Source of the DNA: Octopus sinensis
Taxonomy: Eukaryota
Assembly: GCF_006345805.1 (NCBI RefSeq)
Contig: NC_043000.1
Location: 139,686,001-139,750,000, forward strand
Direction: 5' to 3'
Length of the DNA: 64,000 nt
The notes below the pieces were generated by a model, which saw nothing but the letters and a program-made list of their open reading frames with translations, was not told the DNA's origin and searched no databases. This document shows positions 25,900 through 38,169 of the stretch, in pieces. The position numbers and the translations under genes were made by a program. Each line of letters begins with the position of its first letter. The first letter of the stretch is position 1.

Positions 25900-26345
25900 C
25901 GGAAATATATTTAAATCATTTATTCTAAATATACCTTGTATCATTTTTCAAATCGCCATTTGAATACCATGTCGAAAAATCATATACATGCATGGTTTGA
26001 ACCACCATAACCTTTTTAAAGTTTACTTCAAATTCCTTATTGGAATTACTTCTGAATATTGCATTAAGATCAGACTGGAGCCTAGTGCAGCCATCTGGTT
26101 TGCCTGTCATCAGTCAAATCGTCCAACTCATGCTAGCATGGAAAGCGGATGTTAAACAATGATGATGATGATGAATTCTTTTGCTCTTTCCAACAAAGTC
26201 CCATCTAATAACATTTGATGCCTTTTTAACCATCATAGACACCTGTTTATTTGTACATCTCCTAGTCTTTGCAATAAACCTATGCTTATATGGAACCTTA
26301 TGCAATTTAAGAATTAAAAAAAAAGGAACATATTTGTCCTCCACC
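25900..26345 (-). mobile_element. Decayed Penelope-like RT fragment interrupted by an RTEX tail (26066-26172, +)
   Basis: Translations LKLHKVPYKHRFIA and VYDFSTWY resemble the PKLHK...RFIA and DFSTLY motifs of PLE reverse transcriptases. Confidence 0.55.
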
Positions 26346-26814
26346 TCAATGCTAAAGGTATTTAATGTTGCTACCTCAGGTATTATCTCCCTAATTATAC
26401 ATTCATACTTTCATACACTGATACATATGTACTGCAACCATTGAAGTCACTCTCTGATTTTAACTCCTTTCTAGTGTTATATATTCTTACACCTTATCAC
26501 AAAATTCCCTGCTACATTATCTGCTGGGACTGTAATGCATTTCTCCTGTTGATTCCTCTGGCACCATCAAATTCCTCTTTCAAATCTGTTTCAGATATAA
26601 ACTAGACACTTGCTTTCTCCAGTCATCAATAACTTCCTTCTTAACCTTTTATTTAAGACTTCATCATCAAAGTATCGATTGATCCCAAGATTAGCTTCTT
26701 AAATTTATTATTACTAATCCAATCTGATACCCCAAATTTGGTTCTGTTCATCAGTAGCTATATTAAGCCCTCATTTCAGATAACATTCAAATCACCTGTA
26801 TAAACTTATCTCAC

Positions 26815-26885
26815 CACACTATGGAAGAAATCAAACTTAGCACAACCACACATACTTTGGCAAACCCCTCTGAAACCTTCTGAAC
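26815..26885 (-). CDS. Candidate 71-nt exon (VQKVSEGFAKVCVVVLSLISSIV), phase 0 to 2
   Basis: CCTTTCTCTGAAATAG acceptor and GTG|GTGAGA donor; joins the next exon through a Trp codon to give a hydrophobic stretch. Confidence 0.45.
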
Positions 26886-27042
26886 CTATTTCAGAGAAAG
26901 GTTCGTTATAATTAAGCAACTTATCACTGTTATCAAAAAGCAAAGTGATGGATTCTGCTTTAGAATTATTCAGTGTGATTACTCCTCGCAAGGTGGCTTA
27001 CTCATTCCTTCTAATTATTTTCCTGTCCTATTTTTAATATAA

Positions 27043-27441
27043 CTAGCAGTATCACTCGGCGTTGCTCGGGTTTGTTTCTACCCTTTAGAATTGGAATTTT
27101 TGAAAAGTAAAAATTTTGCATTATGTAGCTTGTTATTCTCTTTAAGTGAACATTTTTCTGGTTGAAATACACAGAAAAATGGTGACACAGCAGTCAAAAA
27201 ATCGTATAAAATAGGGATTTTCATAGAAAAAAAGCACCTTTTTGATATAAATAGCTTTTGATGTTAACATAGTCCAATTTGAATTTTTTTCTTCTACGGA
27301 ATGAAGAGCAAGCCTTTTTCTATCATATTCTCAATTTTGGTCAACTTGTGCCGTAGGGTCTCGGAGGATATAGTGTTAGTTGAAGGCTACCAAACCTGTC
27401 ATACACAGAAAACTTCAGCTTTATATATATATAGAGAGAGA
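27043..27441 (-). mobile_element. Non-autonomous Helitron-type element
   Basis: Minus strand reads A|TC start, subterminal CCCGAGCAACGCCGAG hairpin-like motif and CTAG|T end. Confidence 0.75.
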
Positions 27442-27810
27442 TTAATTTAGCGAATATCTTCAATTTGTCAAAATTTATGGATAATAGGGGTGTGTTGCTA
27501 GCATTAGTATATATGTAATAGGAATTATATAGTACCAAACTTTTTATCAAGTCTTTCAGTTTTATTATGAAACATTTCAGGAAGTTTTGGAAACTGTAGG
27601 ATATAGCAGGCAATATTTCATCAGACCCATATATACTTGAAACCCATCAAGCAGCTAAACATCCTTGGGCACAACGCATTCATTTTCATTGTAAAGTGTC
27701 TCTATTACACAAGCTACCTTAGAGGCTAGACCTATTGCTGTCATCATGACAGTAATTCAGGGAAACTATAACAATTACAAAAGCTTCTTTGCACTGCCAG
27801 TCAGAAATAC

Positions 27811-27852
27811 AGCTGCCACATTAAAAGCCAATCGTTTATGATCAGCCTTCAG
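27811..27852 (-). CDS. Weaker candidate exon (LKADHKRLAFNVAA)
   Basis: Good acceptor (CCTTTTGTTACTAAG); donor uncertain (GTATTT at 27810 or GTAATT at 27778). Confidence 0.3.
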
Positions 27853-27902
27853 CTTAGTAACAAAAGGTTAATAGTAAATCAGTTTTAATTTACTGTCACT
27901 GC

Positions 27903-28335
27903 TCTCTTTTACTTGTTTCAGTCACTTGACTGTGGCCATGCTGGAGCACCGCCTTTAGTCGAGCAAATCGACCCCCAGGACTTATTCATTGTAAGCCTAG
28001 TACTTATTCTATCGGTCTCTTTTGCCGAACCACTAAGTTACGGGGACATAAACACGCCAGCATCAGTTGTCAAGCGATGTTGTGGGGACAAACACAGACA
28101 CACAAACATACACACATGCACACACACACACACACACGTACACACACACACACACACACATATATATACATATATACGACAGGCTTCTTTCAGTTTCCAT
28201 CTTCCAAATCCACTCACAAGGCTTTGGTCAGCCCGAGGCTTTAGTAGAAGACACTTGCCCGAGGTACCCCGCAGTGGAACTGAACCCGGAACCATATGGT
28301 TCATAAGTAAGTTACTTACCACACAGCCAATCCTA
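27903..28335 (-). mobile_element. SINE A, full length
   Basis: Family homology. Confidence 0.92.
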
Positions 28336-29361
28336 GCCTAGATTTCATAAATTTTTACCAAATAAAATAATATGGAGCGCTAAAAATCACAGATATTAAA
28401 AGTGAAGAAAATGAAATAGTTGATGCTTATTATATATTGTTCTATCCAATATTAGTGTTATAACTATCCTTGTTTAATTCAACAAAAATGTATAGTACTT
28501 GCTTATTATTAATGCTATCATTCTTTAAACTTTTTGTATTTTCAGAATTTAGATTTGCAAATAAAATTTGAAGTAAATATACATGGTTTAAATTGTTATT
28601 AATTTGTATCAACACTTCAAACTGATTATATCAGTTGCTTAAAAATTTACTGTTGAACTGCTAAGTTGAACTAAGTGATAATATAAGTACTCACTTAGGT
28701 TGTTTATAGATTATTTGTCTCTTATAGAATGATTTAGTTTTTCTTTATTAACACAAATACATTAATATTTAATATTTTGAAATAACAATTTTGGTACATT
28801 TTGTATATTACACATAAGATATTTTAAAGCAGAAAATAAAGAAAAATACAGAAAATATATAATGTCCTTTTAAAAATGACAGTTGTAATGAAATCTCACA
28901 GTTAAACTTTGATAATGAATAGTAAAATTTGCTTTTAAAGATATAAATCAATTATTGCTCAAATATTTGTTTCGTAAATTAATTTTAGTGTAATTCTACC
29001 CATTCAAACAAAAGAACATCATATTAACTGTAGTGTAATGAAGTAAATTTTCTTCTCTTAAGCAAATTCACATTTAATTCCACAATGGTCTATCTCAAAA
29101 ATACCATCATTGCTTACTGTATGCTCTTTGGTAGCAATAATTGGTAACACAAAACCATAGATTTATAGACAACTACTAATGACAGAGTAAATGAATGATG
29201 GCTGTTAGTTTAAGAAGTTTGCTTTATAAACATTGTTCCCGGTTCGATCTCATGAGATACCATTGTTAACTGTTTTCTGTTGTAGCCCAACGTTGACAAA
29301 TACATTGTGATTTGAATTTTGAAAGGGAAAATGTGTGGAAGCCTGTCATGTGTATATTTTT

Positions 29362-29562
29362 TACTCTTTTACTTGTTTCAGTCGTTTGACTGCAGCCATG
29401 CTGGAGCACCGCCTGTAGTTGAGCAAATCGATCCTAGGACTTATTCTTTGTAAGCCTAGTACTTATTCTATCAGTCTCTTTTGCCGAACTGCTAAGTTAC
29501 GGGGACGTAAACACACCAGCATCGATTGTCAAACGATGTTGTGGGGGGTCAAACACAAACAT

Positions 29563-29624
<62 letters not shown>

Positions 29625-29784
29625 CGCGCTTCTTTCAGTTTCCGTCTATCAAATCCAATCACAAGGTTTGGTCGGCCTGAGGCTATAGTAGAAGACACTT
29701 GCCCAAGGTGCCATGCAGTGGGACGGAACCCAGAAACATGTGGTTCGTAAGCAAGCTACTTACCACACAGCCACTCCTGTGCCT
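29362..29784 (-). mobile_element. SINE A, full length
   Basis: Family homology. Confidence 0.92.
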
Positions 29785-30140
29785 ATGCATAATCATGCCT
29801 AAAAACAATCACATATTAACTGAAAATACATTAAATATATAAGTAGGGTATAGAATTCATTCTTACAAGTAAAAGGTTTTTTTCTCTCTCTCTTCTGCTC
29901 TCTCTATACTGCACTCTCACACACCTGTATTCATATGTCTATTTGTGCTTGCATAGATGCATGCATATATGTCTGTCTGTATGTACGAAAATGCATTAAA
30001 TATACAAGTAGCATATGGAGTTCATTTTCATGAGCAAATGATATTTTTCACTTTCTCTCTCTCTCCTCTACACACACAGACACACACGTAAGTATACATG
30101 TGTACGTATGCTTGCATGCACATATGTGTGTAAGTATGTA

Positions 30141-30740
30141 TTTGGTTGATCAAATCTTCTGTTCAGTTTTTTTGTCAACTCTTAACTTTGAGCACTCTGA
30201 TAAGTAGCTAACTTCAGTCTGTACCTTGTGCCTGCACACACAGACACTTGGTCTCTCATCAACATAAATTGATATGAATGTACCATGAGACAAGTTATAT
30301 TTTGCGTGGTTGGGATCGACCTGAAAATGGAGAACCATAAACATTATCAACAATTTGTGCTTTTTTTTTTATTTCAAGAAAGACAAGGAGGAGGTAGAAA
30401 CATGCAGAAAGATATGTGTTGTGTACGGAGAGGATGCCATTATGGAACATGTGTTTCAGAAGGGGTTTCCAAGATTTTGAATCTGGAAATTTTTCTGTTC
30501 AAAATGCTCTGTGCTTTGACTGGCCAACAGATTAACAAGCAACAAAATGAAGTTAGTCAACACCAAACCCTGTTATATGATAAAGAAGGATGCAATTCTT
30601 CAAATATCCAAATCGAGTGTTGAAAATCATCTGCATCAACTTGGTAAAACCAGCAGGCTCGATTCTTGTGTCCCACATCAGCTGAATGTGGCTAACCTTG
30701 TTCGATAGATTTTTACATTCAATTCATTACTGACAACTAT
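30141..30740 (+). mobile_element. Decayed mariner transposase, N-terminal half
   Basis: Frameshifted translation MENHKH...KICVVYGEDA...SGNFSV and ISKSSVENHLHQLGKTSRLDSCVPHQL (WVPHEL motif). Confidence 0.7.
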
Positions 30741-30759
30741 AGAATTTTCGGTTTTTATA

Positions 30760-31338
30760 CAGACACTCTTTTCAGAAGTGTATGCCTCCACATCCATAAC
30801 ATGGATTAAGGCCTAGCACTCTTTTAGTTGTACTTTCCAGGTCGACACATCTGTATTTTTGCAGAATCTTTCTCTTAAATTTTTTTTCACGTTGTGCTTC
30901 ATTGTTTGACATTATTCTGCAATGGTCTGCAATGTTAAGTCTTGGTTCACTTGCTCTATTCTTGAGAGAATCCTTGGCCAAATTTCTCAGTTTTCAGTTG
31001 CTGTAAGGCCTTGTACAAAGAAAGGTGATTTAAATATATCTTGAGTGAGTTCCTGAAGTTTTCACACAGATGGTTGACTACCCTGGCACATGTAATAAAG
31101 TCATCATCATCATTTTTTGTTAAGTTCCAACACTTCATTCAAGTGTTAAATAATGAACGTTTGTCAAATATACTCTTTGAAAGTAATTCAGTAGTTTCTT
31201 GGAAACAAATCTCACTTGACTTTTTAAGCAATATAAAGTTATAGTAGCGTTCATGCTCAGCCAGAACTACCTTGCGTAGTAATAGGCTCACTTTCTCTTC
31301 ATCCGACCATGACTTGCAATCTTTGTTAAAAGTCTCCT
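30760..31338 (-). mobile_element. Decayed Ty3/Gypsy gag, distal part with zinc-knuckle remnant
   Basis: ETFNKDCKSWSDEEKVSLLLRK...SLFNT*MKCWNLTKNDDDDFIT and NPCYGCGGIHF*KEC resemble invertebrate Gypsy Gag. Confidence 0.65.
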
Positions 31339-32349
31339 GGATCTATTCCATCTCAATCACGGATTTTTTAAATTAATTTTTTTTAACTAAACAGTTTGAA
31401 ACTTCAAATACTGGTAGAATTTGAAGGATCTATTCCATTTCAACCACGGATTTTTAATTTATTTTTTTTTAGCTAAACAATTTGAAACTTTGAATACTGA
31501 TAGAATTTTTCATGTAGATCACTGTTTACTCTGAACGTTTTCGACAAAATTTCGTATTTTAGAAGTTATTTCACGTTAAAGTTGTCGTATTTGGGCAATT
31601 TCAACCAATCAACGACGTGCATTCAGTTGAAGAAAGCTACTGCTGTTTGTGATAGTAATCAAAGAGAAACAACGTCCGGGTCATCTCTACTAAATGTCAC
31701 CATTCTGTTCTATTGTACAGCGGGTGAAGACAATGTCACCTTTAGCCTTTTATCCTTCCTAGTCAGCACCGTGCATTCCCTACTCTTTCCCTCTCTTCTA
31801 AACTAGCAACTAGCAACCCGTGAGTGAATTTGTCACTGCCACTACAATTACCGTATTTTCTGGTGTATAAGCCACTATTTGTTTTGTTTTACCTCATGAT
31901 TTGATAATGTTATTTTTTATCTAATAAAGACTTTTATATTGACGAAATATGTTTGTTTTTGATTATAGTAAGATAAAATCATGACAATAACAATACATCT
32001 CATAGGCATTTTGAAATTATATATACGTCAACAACAAAAAGCTAGCTGCTGTCTTGTTGCTCTATGGTACTGATTCTTTGAACAGAGTGGTAATGTTTAG
32101 TAGAGATGACCCGGAAGTTGTTCCTCTTCAATTACTATTGCACACAGCAGTAACTTTCTTCAACCGAATGCACACCATTGATTGGCTGAAATTACCCAAA
32201 TCACGACAACTTTAACACGAAATAACTTCTAAAAAAACGTTCCTAGTAAACCTTGTTCTACGTGCGAAATTCTACCTGTATTCGAAGTTCCAAACTGTTT
32301 TGTAAAAACAATTAATTTTAAAAATCTGAGATCGAGATGGAATAGATCC
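31339..32349. mobile_element. ~1 kb long-TIR non-autonomous DNA element inserted in the gag remnant; left ~87 bp end duplicated
   Basis: GGATCTATTCCATCTC...GAGATGGAATAGATCC termini with ~270 bp imperfect arms; GGATCTATTCCAT occurs at both 31339 and 31426. Confidence 0.8.
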
Positions 32350-32566
32350 AATTTCTTCGTACCTTCTATATTACACAGGAATTATAAGTGAATTCAGAAA
32401 CTGAGATTGTCATGCTGTCTGGCATAAACGAACTTACTGAAATTTTGGACTTCCTTGACTGTAACTCAGTTAACTATTGTTGTTGTAATATTTCCTTCTA
32501 CAACTCCTGTAGTTATTTCTGTTGCTTCTCTTGAAGCTGTATTACAGCGGCTAATAAGTTCTCCAT
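32350..32566 (-). mobile_element. Decayed Gypsy gag, N-terminal part
   Basis: ATG at 32566 (MENLLAAVIQLQEKQ); SEFTYNS...RRYEE in another frame abuts the TIR element and plausibly continues as ETFNKD beyond it. Confidence 0.5.
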
Positions 32567-32815
32567 AATTTAACACTTTGTATGACTCACAAATTGTCAA
32601 ATAACCTGTGTGAGTTTCAGATAATCTTTGTTGCAAGATGTTATATCATTACACCTCTAGTATCATAGTATGGTTGATATTGTCAACGATAAAGATTACA
32701 CTGTAACAGTGTTACAACAATACAAATTAGAAACAGCAGTAGTAACAAATGTACAAGGAACCAACAATATTTTCAACACACTAACTCGAACTGTACCTGG
32801 ACTTAGAAAACCAAA

Positions 32816-32830
32816 CTGCCGACTACGCCA
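32816..32830 (-). promoter_or_regulatory. Primer-binding site complementary to tRNA-Ser 3' end
   Basis: TGGCGTAGTCGGCAG is the reverse complement of ...CUGCCGACUACGCCA, the 3' end of metazoan tRNA-Ser(AGA) as I recall it; it lies upstream of gag in the same orientation. Confidence 0.7.
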
Positions 32831-32847
32831 GACCACTACTATTTATA

Positions 32848-33049
32848 TGTAGTGGTCCTGTCTATTTTTGTCAGAGGGTATCGTACTCTCACCACAACAT
32901 TGAGATAGGAAATTCTTTGAACAGGCGAGAATGAATCAGCCAATAAGTTAGCAGAAAACAGTGGAACAAAATAGTAATTATATAATTTATTGAATAAACA
33001 GCTTTGTACTTAAAACTTGTGTCTAATTTTCATTTAAAAATATCAAACA
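32848..33049 (-). mobile_element. Possible Gypsy 5' LTR
   Basis: TG...CCACTACA on the minus strand just upstream of the PBS; no second LTR found to confirm. Confidence 0.3.
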
Positions 33050-33410
33050 GGCTTTTTGGCCCAATGTGTATGTGTGTGTGTGTGTGTGTGCATGCATTAA
33101 ATTTTTATTTGCATTTACATCATTTGAAAATACCTACTAGTATTGTTGCATATACCCTGTAACTTTGTCACGGAGATCAATAAATTAAGTACTAGACTAA
33201 GATATATGAATATATACTAGGATCGATATGAACAACTAAAAGAAAAATCCTTTGATTTTTTTTTGTTTTAGTAGCCCAGCATGACCACTGTCCAAGACCT
33301 AAACTAGTAAAAGAGAAAAAAAGTAAACAAAGAAAAGCTATTTTGTAATAGATTTGCCAGAGGAAAACAAACAAGCAATTCTTATAAATGAAAATTACAA
33401 AAGGTTCCAC

Positions 33411-33473
33411 CTTCTGTGATGATAATGCCATTATGTTTGTCAGTTGAATCCCCATTGTCAACTGATTTATGAG
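33411..33473 (-). CDS. Weak candidate 63-nt exon
   Basis: GGCTGTAG acceptor and AAG|GTGGAA donor; open in two phases, so ambiguous. Confidence 0.2.
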
Positions 33474-34001
33474 CTACAGCCATATGGTACTCATTAAATA
33501 TTGAAACAAGTAGTTTTCAGTTGCAATTTAGGAACTCTTATACTTAGCTTTAAATTTTCCTCTGCAACTGTCAATTAGAGAATGTAAATGTTTGTATCTT
33601 GCATCTATAAATCTTATCAAACAGTAATTTACAAAGCCTTATCGAAGAGAATTGGGTGGGAAATGAAGGAAACGTGCAGGAAAAAATAATAAAAGATTTA
33701 AAGCAAATAAAAAAAGGAAATCTTTGCTACATTGCTTTGCTTCCTTAAATTTGTTTTAAAGAATTTGATTTTAAGTTTTTATCAGCCTTTATTTCGATGG
33801 CAACAGAAACATTAAAATATATCTGAATTCTTAAACATTGCCGTTGTTTACATCTTTTTAATGATCACTTTTCTGTACTTGCATGGGTTAAACAAAAATT
33901 CAGGCAGATATCTTATATCTGGATGAGCCTCCTGTTACCAGCACTCACTTGTTTCCAAGCACAGTAGTTTATAGTGCTAGTCTTTGAACATGGATGATGT
34001 A

Positions 34002-34586
34002 TTGGGTTGTCCAGAAAGTTCGTGCCAATTTATAGTAGCTTACCATTTGACTTATTTTAGAATATGGTTGAGTCCATAAAATAGGATTTTACTACACCTC
34101 CATTTAAAGCACAGTTTAAGCTAACTTTTCATGGAAGAAGGTTTATGCTCCTATAGACCTGTGTTAATTCTGTAACCCTTAAAACTGGAAGATAAGAAAG
34201 TTCATTTTCGACACTTGATGCTTTGGGAACCAGACAAAAATTGTCTGGTTCCCAAACAATCAGCTCAGCTCGGCTGGATGTGTTACCCCACCCTTCATAT
34301 TCACCAGATATTGCTCCCTCAGATTTCCACTTATTCAGGTCTCTGCAGAATAGTTTTAATGGTAAAAATTTCAATTCCTTGGATGACGTAAAAAGATACC
34401 TTGATGAATTCTTTGTCATGAAACCACCTCAATTCTGGGAAGAGGGTATTTTGAAGTTAAAGGAAAGATGGAGATGCGTTGTTCAGCAAAATAGTTTATA
34501 TTTGGTTGATTAAAAATGTAATGGCAAGTATTTATTGACCTTTTTCTTTCCTTTAAAAATCGGCATGAACTTTCCGGATAACCCAA
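34002..34586 (+). mobile_element. Internally deleted mariner element with both TIRs
   Basis: TA|TTGGGTTGTCCAGAAAGTTCGTGCC ... GGCATGAACTTTCCGGATAACCCAA|TA; N-terminal EDKKVHFRHLMLW joined to TRQKL and DVLPHPSYSPDIAPSDFHLFRSLQN. Confidence 0.9.
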
Positions 34587-34679
34587 TAATTTTAGGACGT
34601 TTTCACAGAAGATTGCAAAGAAACACCATTAGTATGTTGATAACATTTGTTTACATTTAACAGGCATGCAGTATTAAAG

Positions 34680-34850
34680 CAATAAAACATAAGCACACAC
34701 ATATAATAGGCGTCTTTTAGTTTCCATCAAGTAAATCCCCACAGAAGGTTTAGGGTGTCCCAGGGCTATAGTAGAAGGTACTTGCCTAAGACAGTACACA
34801 CAGGACCGAACCCAAAAGTTCATAGTTGTAAAGCAACCACACAAAAATGC
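34680..34850 (-). mobile_element. Old SINE-A head fragment
   Basis: Degenerate GGCTATAGTAGAAG...CTTGCC...GAACCC motif. Confidence 0.55.
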
Positions 34851-35640
34851 TTCTGCCTGGCCATGCTTTAAGATATTAGTAATTAATATCACATGCTTTA
34901 TGAAATAACATTTTTGAATCTTTCCTTGTTTTTATGACTCAGCAATAAGAAGAGCAGTACCTGTGACCTTTCATAGGACCTTTAAAACCGATGGGGAAGA
35001 ATAGTCATCCTTAAATAGGAAACCTGGTCTGAATACTCGCAAGAGAGTGGAACCAACTAAAGGCACTCTATGTACTAAAGAGAGCAACAGATTAAGACTA
35101 TGTATGATACAACAGATCTGGGTCACTATTGGGAGACACAAAAGTCACTTATGAGCACTTTCATTTTTCCTCATAAATCTCAGATCTCAGATATTTATCT
35201 AATTATTTGCTGAAAGATACCACGTTATAAAATTTGGATTTATTCTCCATTAAATCTCTTTCCACCAATATTCCAGTTTAAGGATGAGCTCTGAAGTACG
35301 GTTCTACATAGAGAGCTCTGAAGTACTTGTGTAGGCTTCACATTATCATTCATCAAAGTAGGAATCTAACAGTTTAGTGTGTCCTGTTCATAAAATGCTG
35401 CATCAGATGAACTACATCTTTGTTCTCATTAAGGAATTGATATCATTATCTCTCATCTGGTTTAGAACTGCTAACTGTCTTTGGGTGCTTTTAGCAGACT
35501 TTCAGGATGAGTATTTGTTCTGAGAACTTGATTTTTTCCATCTATTATTCATGGGATAGTGGTGGGCTTGGAGACCATCTTGTTTAGCCATTCATCTGCT
35601 ATGTCTTTAAAGATAGTAATTCATTCGTATACTGAAGTTC

Positions 35641-36017
35641 TGGGGGCTGAGTAAGTCGATTACATTGACCCTAGTGCCCAACTGGTATTTATTTCATTGA
35701 TCCTGAAAGGATAAACGGCAATGTCAAAGTTGGTAGAATTTGAACTCAGAATGTAGAGACAGATAAAATGCCACTAAGCATTTGCCCAGTGTGCAAATGA
35801 TTCTTTTCTACTCTAGGCACAAGGTCCGAAATTTTAGGGGAGGGAGCCAGTCGATTAGATCGACTCCAGTACATAACTGGTACTTAATTTATCGACCCTG
35901 AAAGGATGAAAGGCAAAGTCGACCTCAGTAGAATTTGAACTCACAATGTAAAGACAGACGAAATTCTGCTAAACATTTTGCCCTGCGTGATAACGTTTCT
36001 GCCAGCTCCCCGCCTTA
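35641..36017 (-). mobile_element. Two adjacent SINE-B-type copies
   Basis: Repeated GAAAGGATGAAAGGCAAAGTC...GAATTTGAACTCA motif. Confidence 0.8.
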
Positions 36018-36056
36018 GTGTGCAAATGATTCTGTCATTTGCCGCCCTATCTTTAA

Positions 36057-36277
36057 CCCTTTAGTGTTCGCATTATTCTGCCAAAATTAATCCTTTTTTA
36101 TCCACATTGCTTTGAACTAATCAGGAATTATCTTGTAGCTTTGAGATTTTGATGAGGTAGCTGTTAATTTTTAAAACAATATTGTAGGGTTCGTGTGAGA
36201 GACCAGATCTGGCCATTTTGAACATAAAACAGGCAGAATACTTTTGGCCGGATGTGGCCGGTTTAAAGGCTAAAGGG
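36057..36277. mobile_element. piggyBac-like MITE (second family)
   Basis: TTAA|CCCTTTAG...CTAAAGGG|TTAA; homologous to 48825-49043. Confidence 0.8.
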
Positions 36278-36572
36278 TTAAGGCAAATAATAACATTCAT
36301 GAAACCATAGGATACTTTAAGAAAACAAACAGATATAAATATTCATGACTGGTAGATCACTAGAACAATTTGTTCAGTAGGTGGTCGTAATTAATAACAA
36401 GTTGGCAGTCACCATATACACATATATATAATGTCATGTATATTTAATAAATGTTTGTGCTATTCTTTTAAAACTACAAAAATAATTTCTGGTATTATTG
36501 AGTTACTAATATTTTCTTTCAATCATTCCTTACACACTAGTTTTAACTTTACATTAGCCACTCCCTTTAACC

Positions 36573-36805
36573 TATTTCTTTATTACCCACAAGGGGCTAA
36601 ACATAGAGGGGACAAACAAGGACAGACATAGGTATTAAGTCGATTGTATCGACCCCAGTGCATAACTGGTACTTAATTTATCAACCCCAAAAGGATGAAA
36701 GGTAAAGTCGACCTCGGTGGAATTTGAACTCAGAACGTAACGGCAGACGAAATACGGCTACGCATTTCACCCGGCGTGCTAACGTTTCTGCCAGCTCGCC
36801 ACCTT
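36573..36805 (-). mobile_element. SINE B, full length
   Basis: Family homology; CCTTTAACC on both flanks. Confidence 0.9.
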
Positions 36806-37127
36806 TAACCATTTAGCATTTAAACTGGGTATATCTGGCCCCAAATTCTACTGGTTTTATGTGCAAACTGGCTAGATACAACCTTATACTGTCAATCTTA
36901 AAATTAAAGTGAAATCTCAACTTTTGAAAACAATGTGAATAAATACCCACGACATTTGACACAGTACTGTGTTTTCAAGCAATCAGTTAATATTTGTTTC
37001 TTTGATATAGGAAACAGTTTATAATCTTTCCTATCTACTCTAGCAAAATTCATGTTTAATTATGGAAAGTTTAACTTTAGCTTGGTTAGCAGACTTTCTG
37101 AGTATCTGCTTAACTTGACATACTTAA

Positions 37128-37364
37128 CCCTTTAGCATTTAAACCAGCCATAATTGGCCAAATAATTCTACATGTTTTATATCCAAACTGACCAGATCTT
37201 GTCCCTCACACCTACCTAATAACATCATTCTAAACCACATGGTTCTGGGTTCAGTCCCACTGCGTGGCACCTTGGGCAAGTGTTTCTGCTATAGCCTCGG
37301 GCCAACCAAAGCCTTGTGAGTGGATTTGGTAGATGGAAACTGAAAGAAGCCCGTTGTATATATG

Positions 37365-37395
<31 letters not shown>

Positions 37396-37690
37396 TTGTC
37401 CCCCTAGCATTGCATGACAACCGATGCTGGTGTGTTTACGTCCCCGTTACCTAGCGGTTCGGCAAAAGAGACCGATAGAATAAGTACTGGGCTTACAAAA
37501 GAATAAGTCCCAGGGTCGAGTTGCTCGACTAAAGGCGGTGCTCCAGCATGGCCGCAGTCAAATGACTGAAACAAGTAAAAGAGTAATCACATCATCAAAA
37601 TTTTGAAATGAAAAAATAATGCTTGTTTAACAGAAAACAATATGATTCAATAAGTATTAATTTTGACAGAAAAATCTGAATACTAAAGGT
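37128..37690. mobile_element. piggyBac-like MITE (second family, reversed) split by a 5'-truncated SINE A at 37233-37586
   Basis: MITE homology stops at 37232 and resumes at 37587. Confidence 0.75.
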
Positions 37691-37779
37691 GTAATATCAC
37701 AAGCAGAATAGTTACAAAATTAGATGAGGTGCTTTGGGATATCTGTTCCAGGTCTTTACCTTCAGAATTCAGAGATCAC

Positions 37780-37862
37780 TTTGGATATGGTCTCATGAGA
37801 AATCCTTTTGCATGTTCTCAAGTATGCTTCTAAGTTATCATTCTCCATGGCATCACATCAGC
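37780..37862 (-). CDS. Candidate exon (ADVMPMENDNLEAYLRTCKRISHETISK); alternatively terminal, with stop at 37764-37762
   Basis: Very strong pyrimidine tract and CAG acceptor; open in phase 1; donor ambiguous. Confidence 0.35.
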
Positions 37863-37930
37863 TGAGATAACAAGAGTTCGGAGAGAAGACTAAGCATTTA
37901 ATATACATCAAAATATATATGTATACACAC

Positions 37931-38155
37931 ACATCATCATCATCATCATCATCATCATCGTTTAACGTCCGTTTTCCATGCTATCATGGGTTGGACGTTT
38001 CAACTGATCTGGCAGTGTTTCTACAGCTGGATGCCCTTCCTAACGCCAACCACTCCGCGAGTGTAGTGGTTGCTTTTTATGTGCCACCTGCACAATCGGA
38101 TGGTGCTTTTTACGTGCCACCGGCACGGGGGCCAGACGAGGCTGGCAACGGCCAC
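37931..38155 (-). mobile_element. RTEX 3' end with (CAT)n tail
   Basis: Family homology to 12381-12700. Confidence 0.85.
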
Positions 38156-38169
38156 AATACCCATGCATA

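Noticed and set aside
35000-35640. Possible decayed DIRS or other TE coding relic
   Set aside because: Too many stops and no diagnostic motif.
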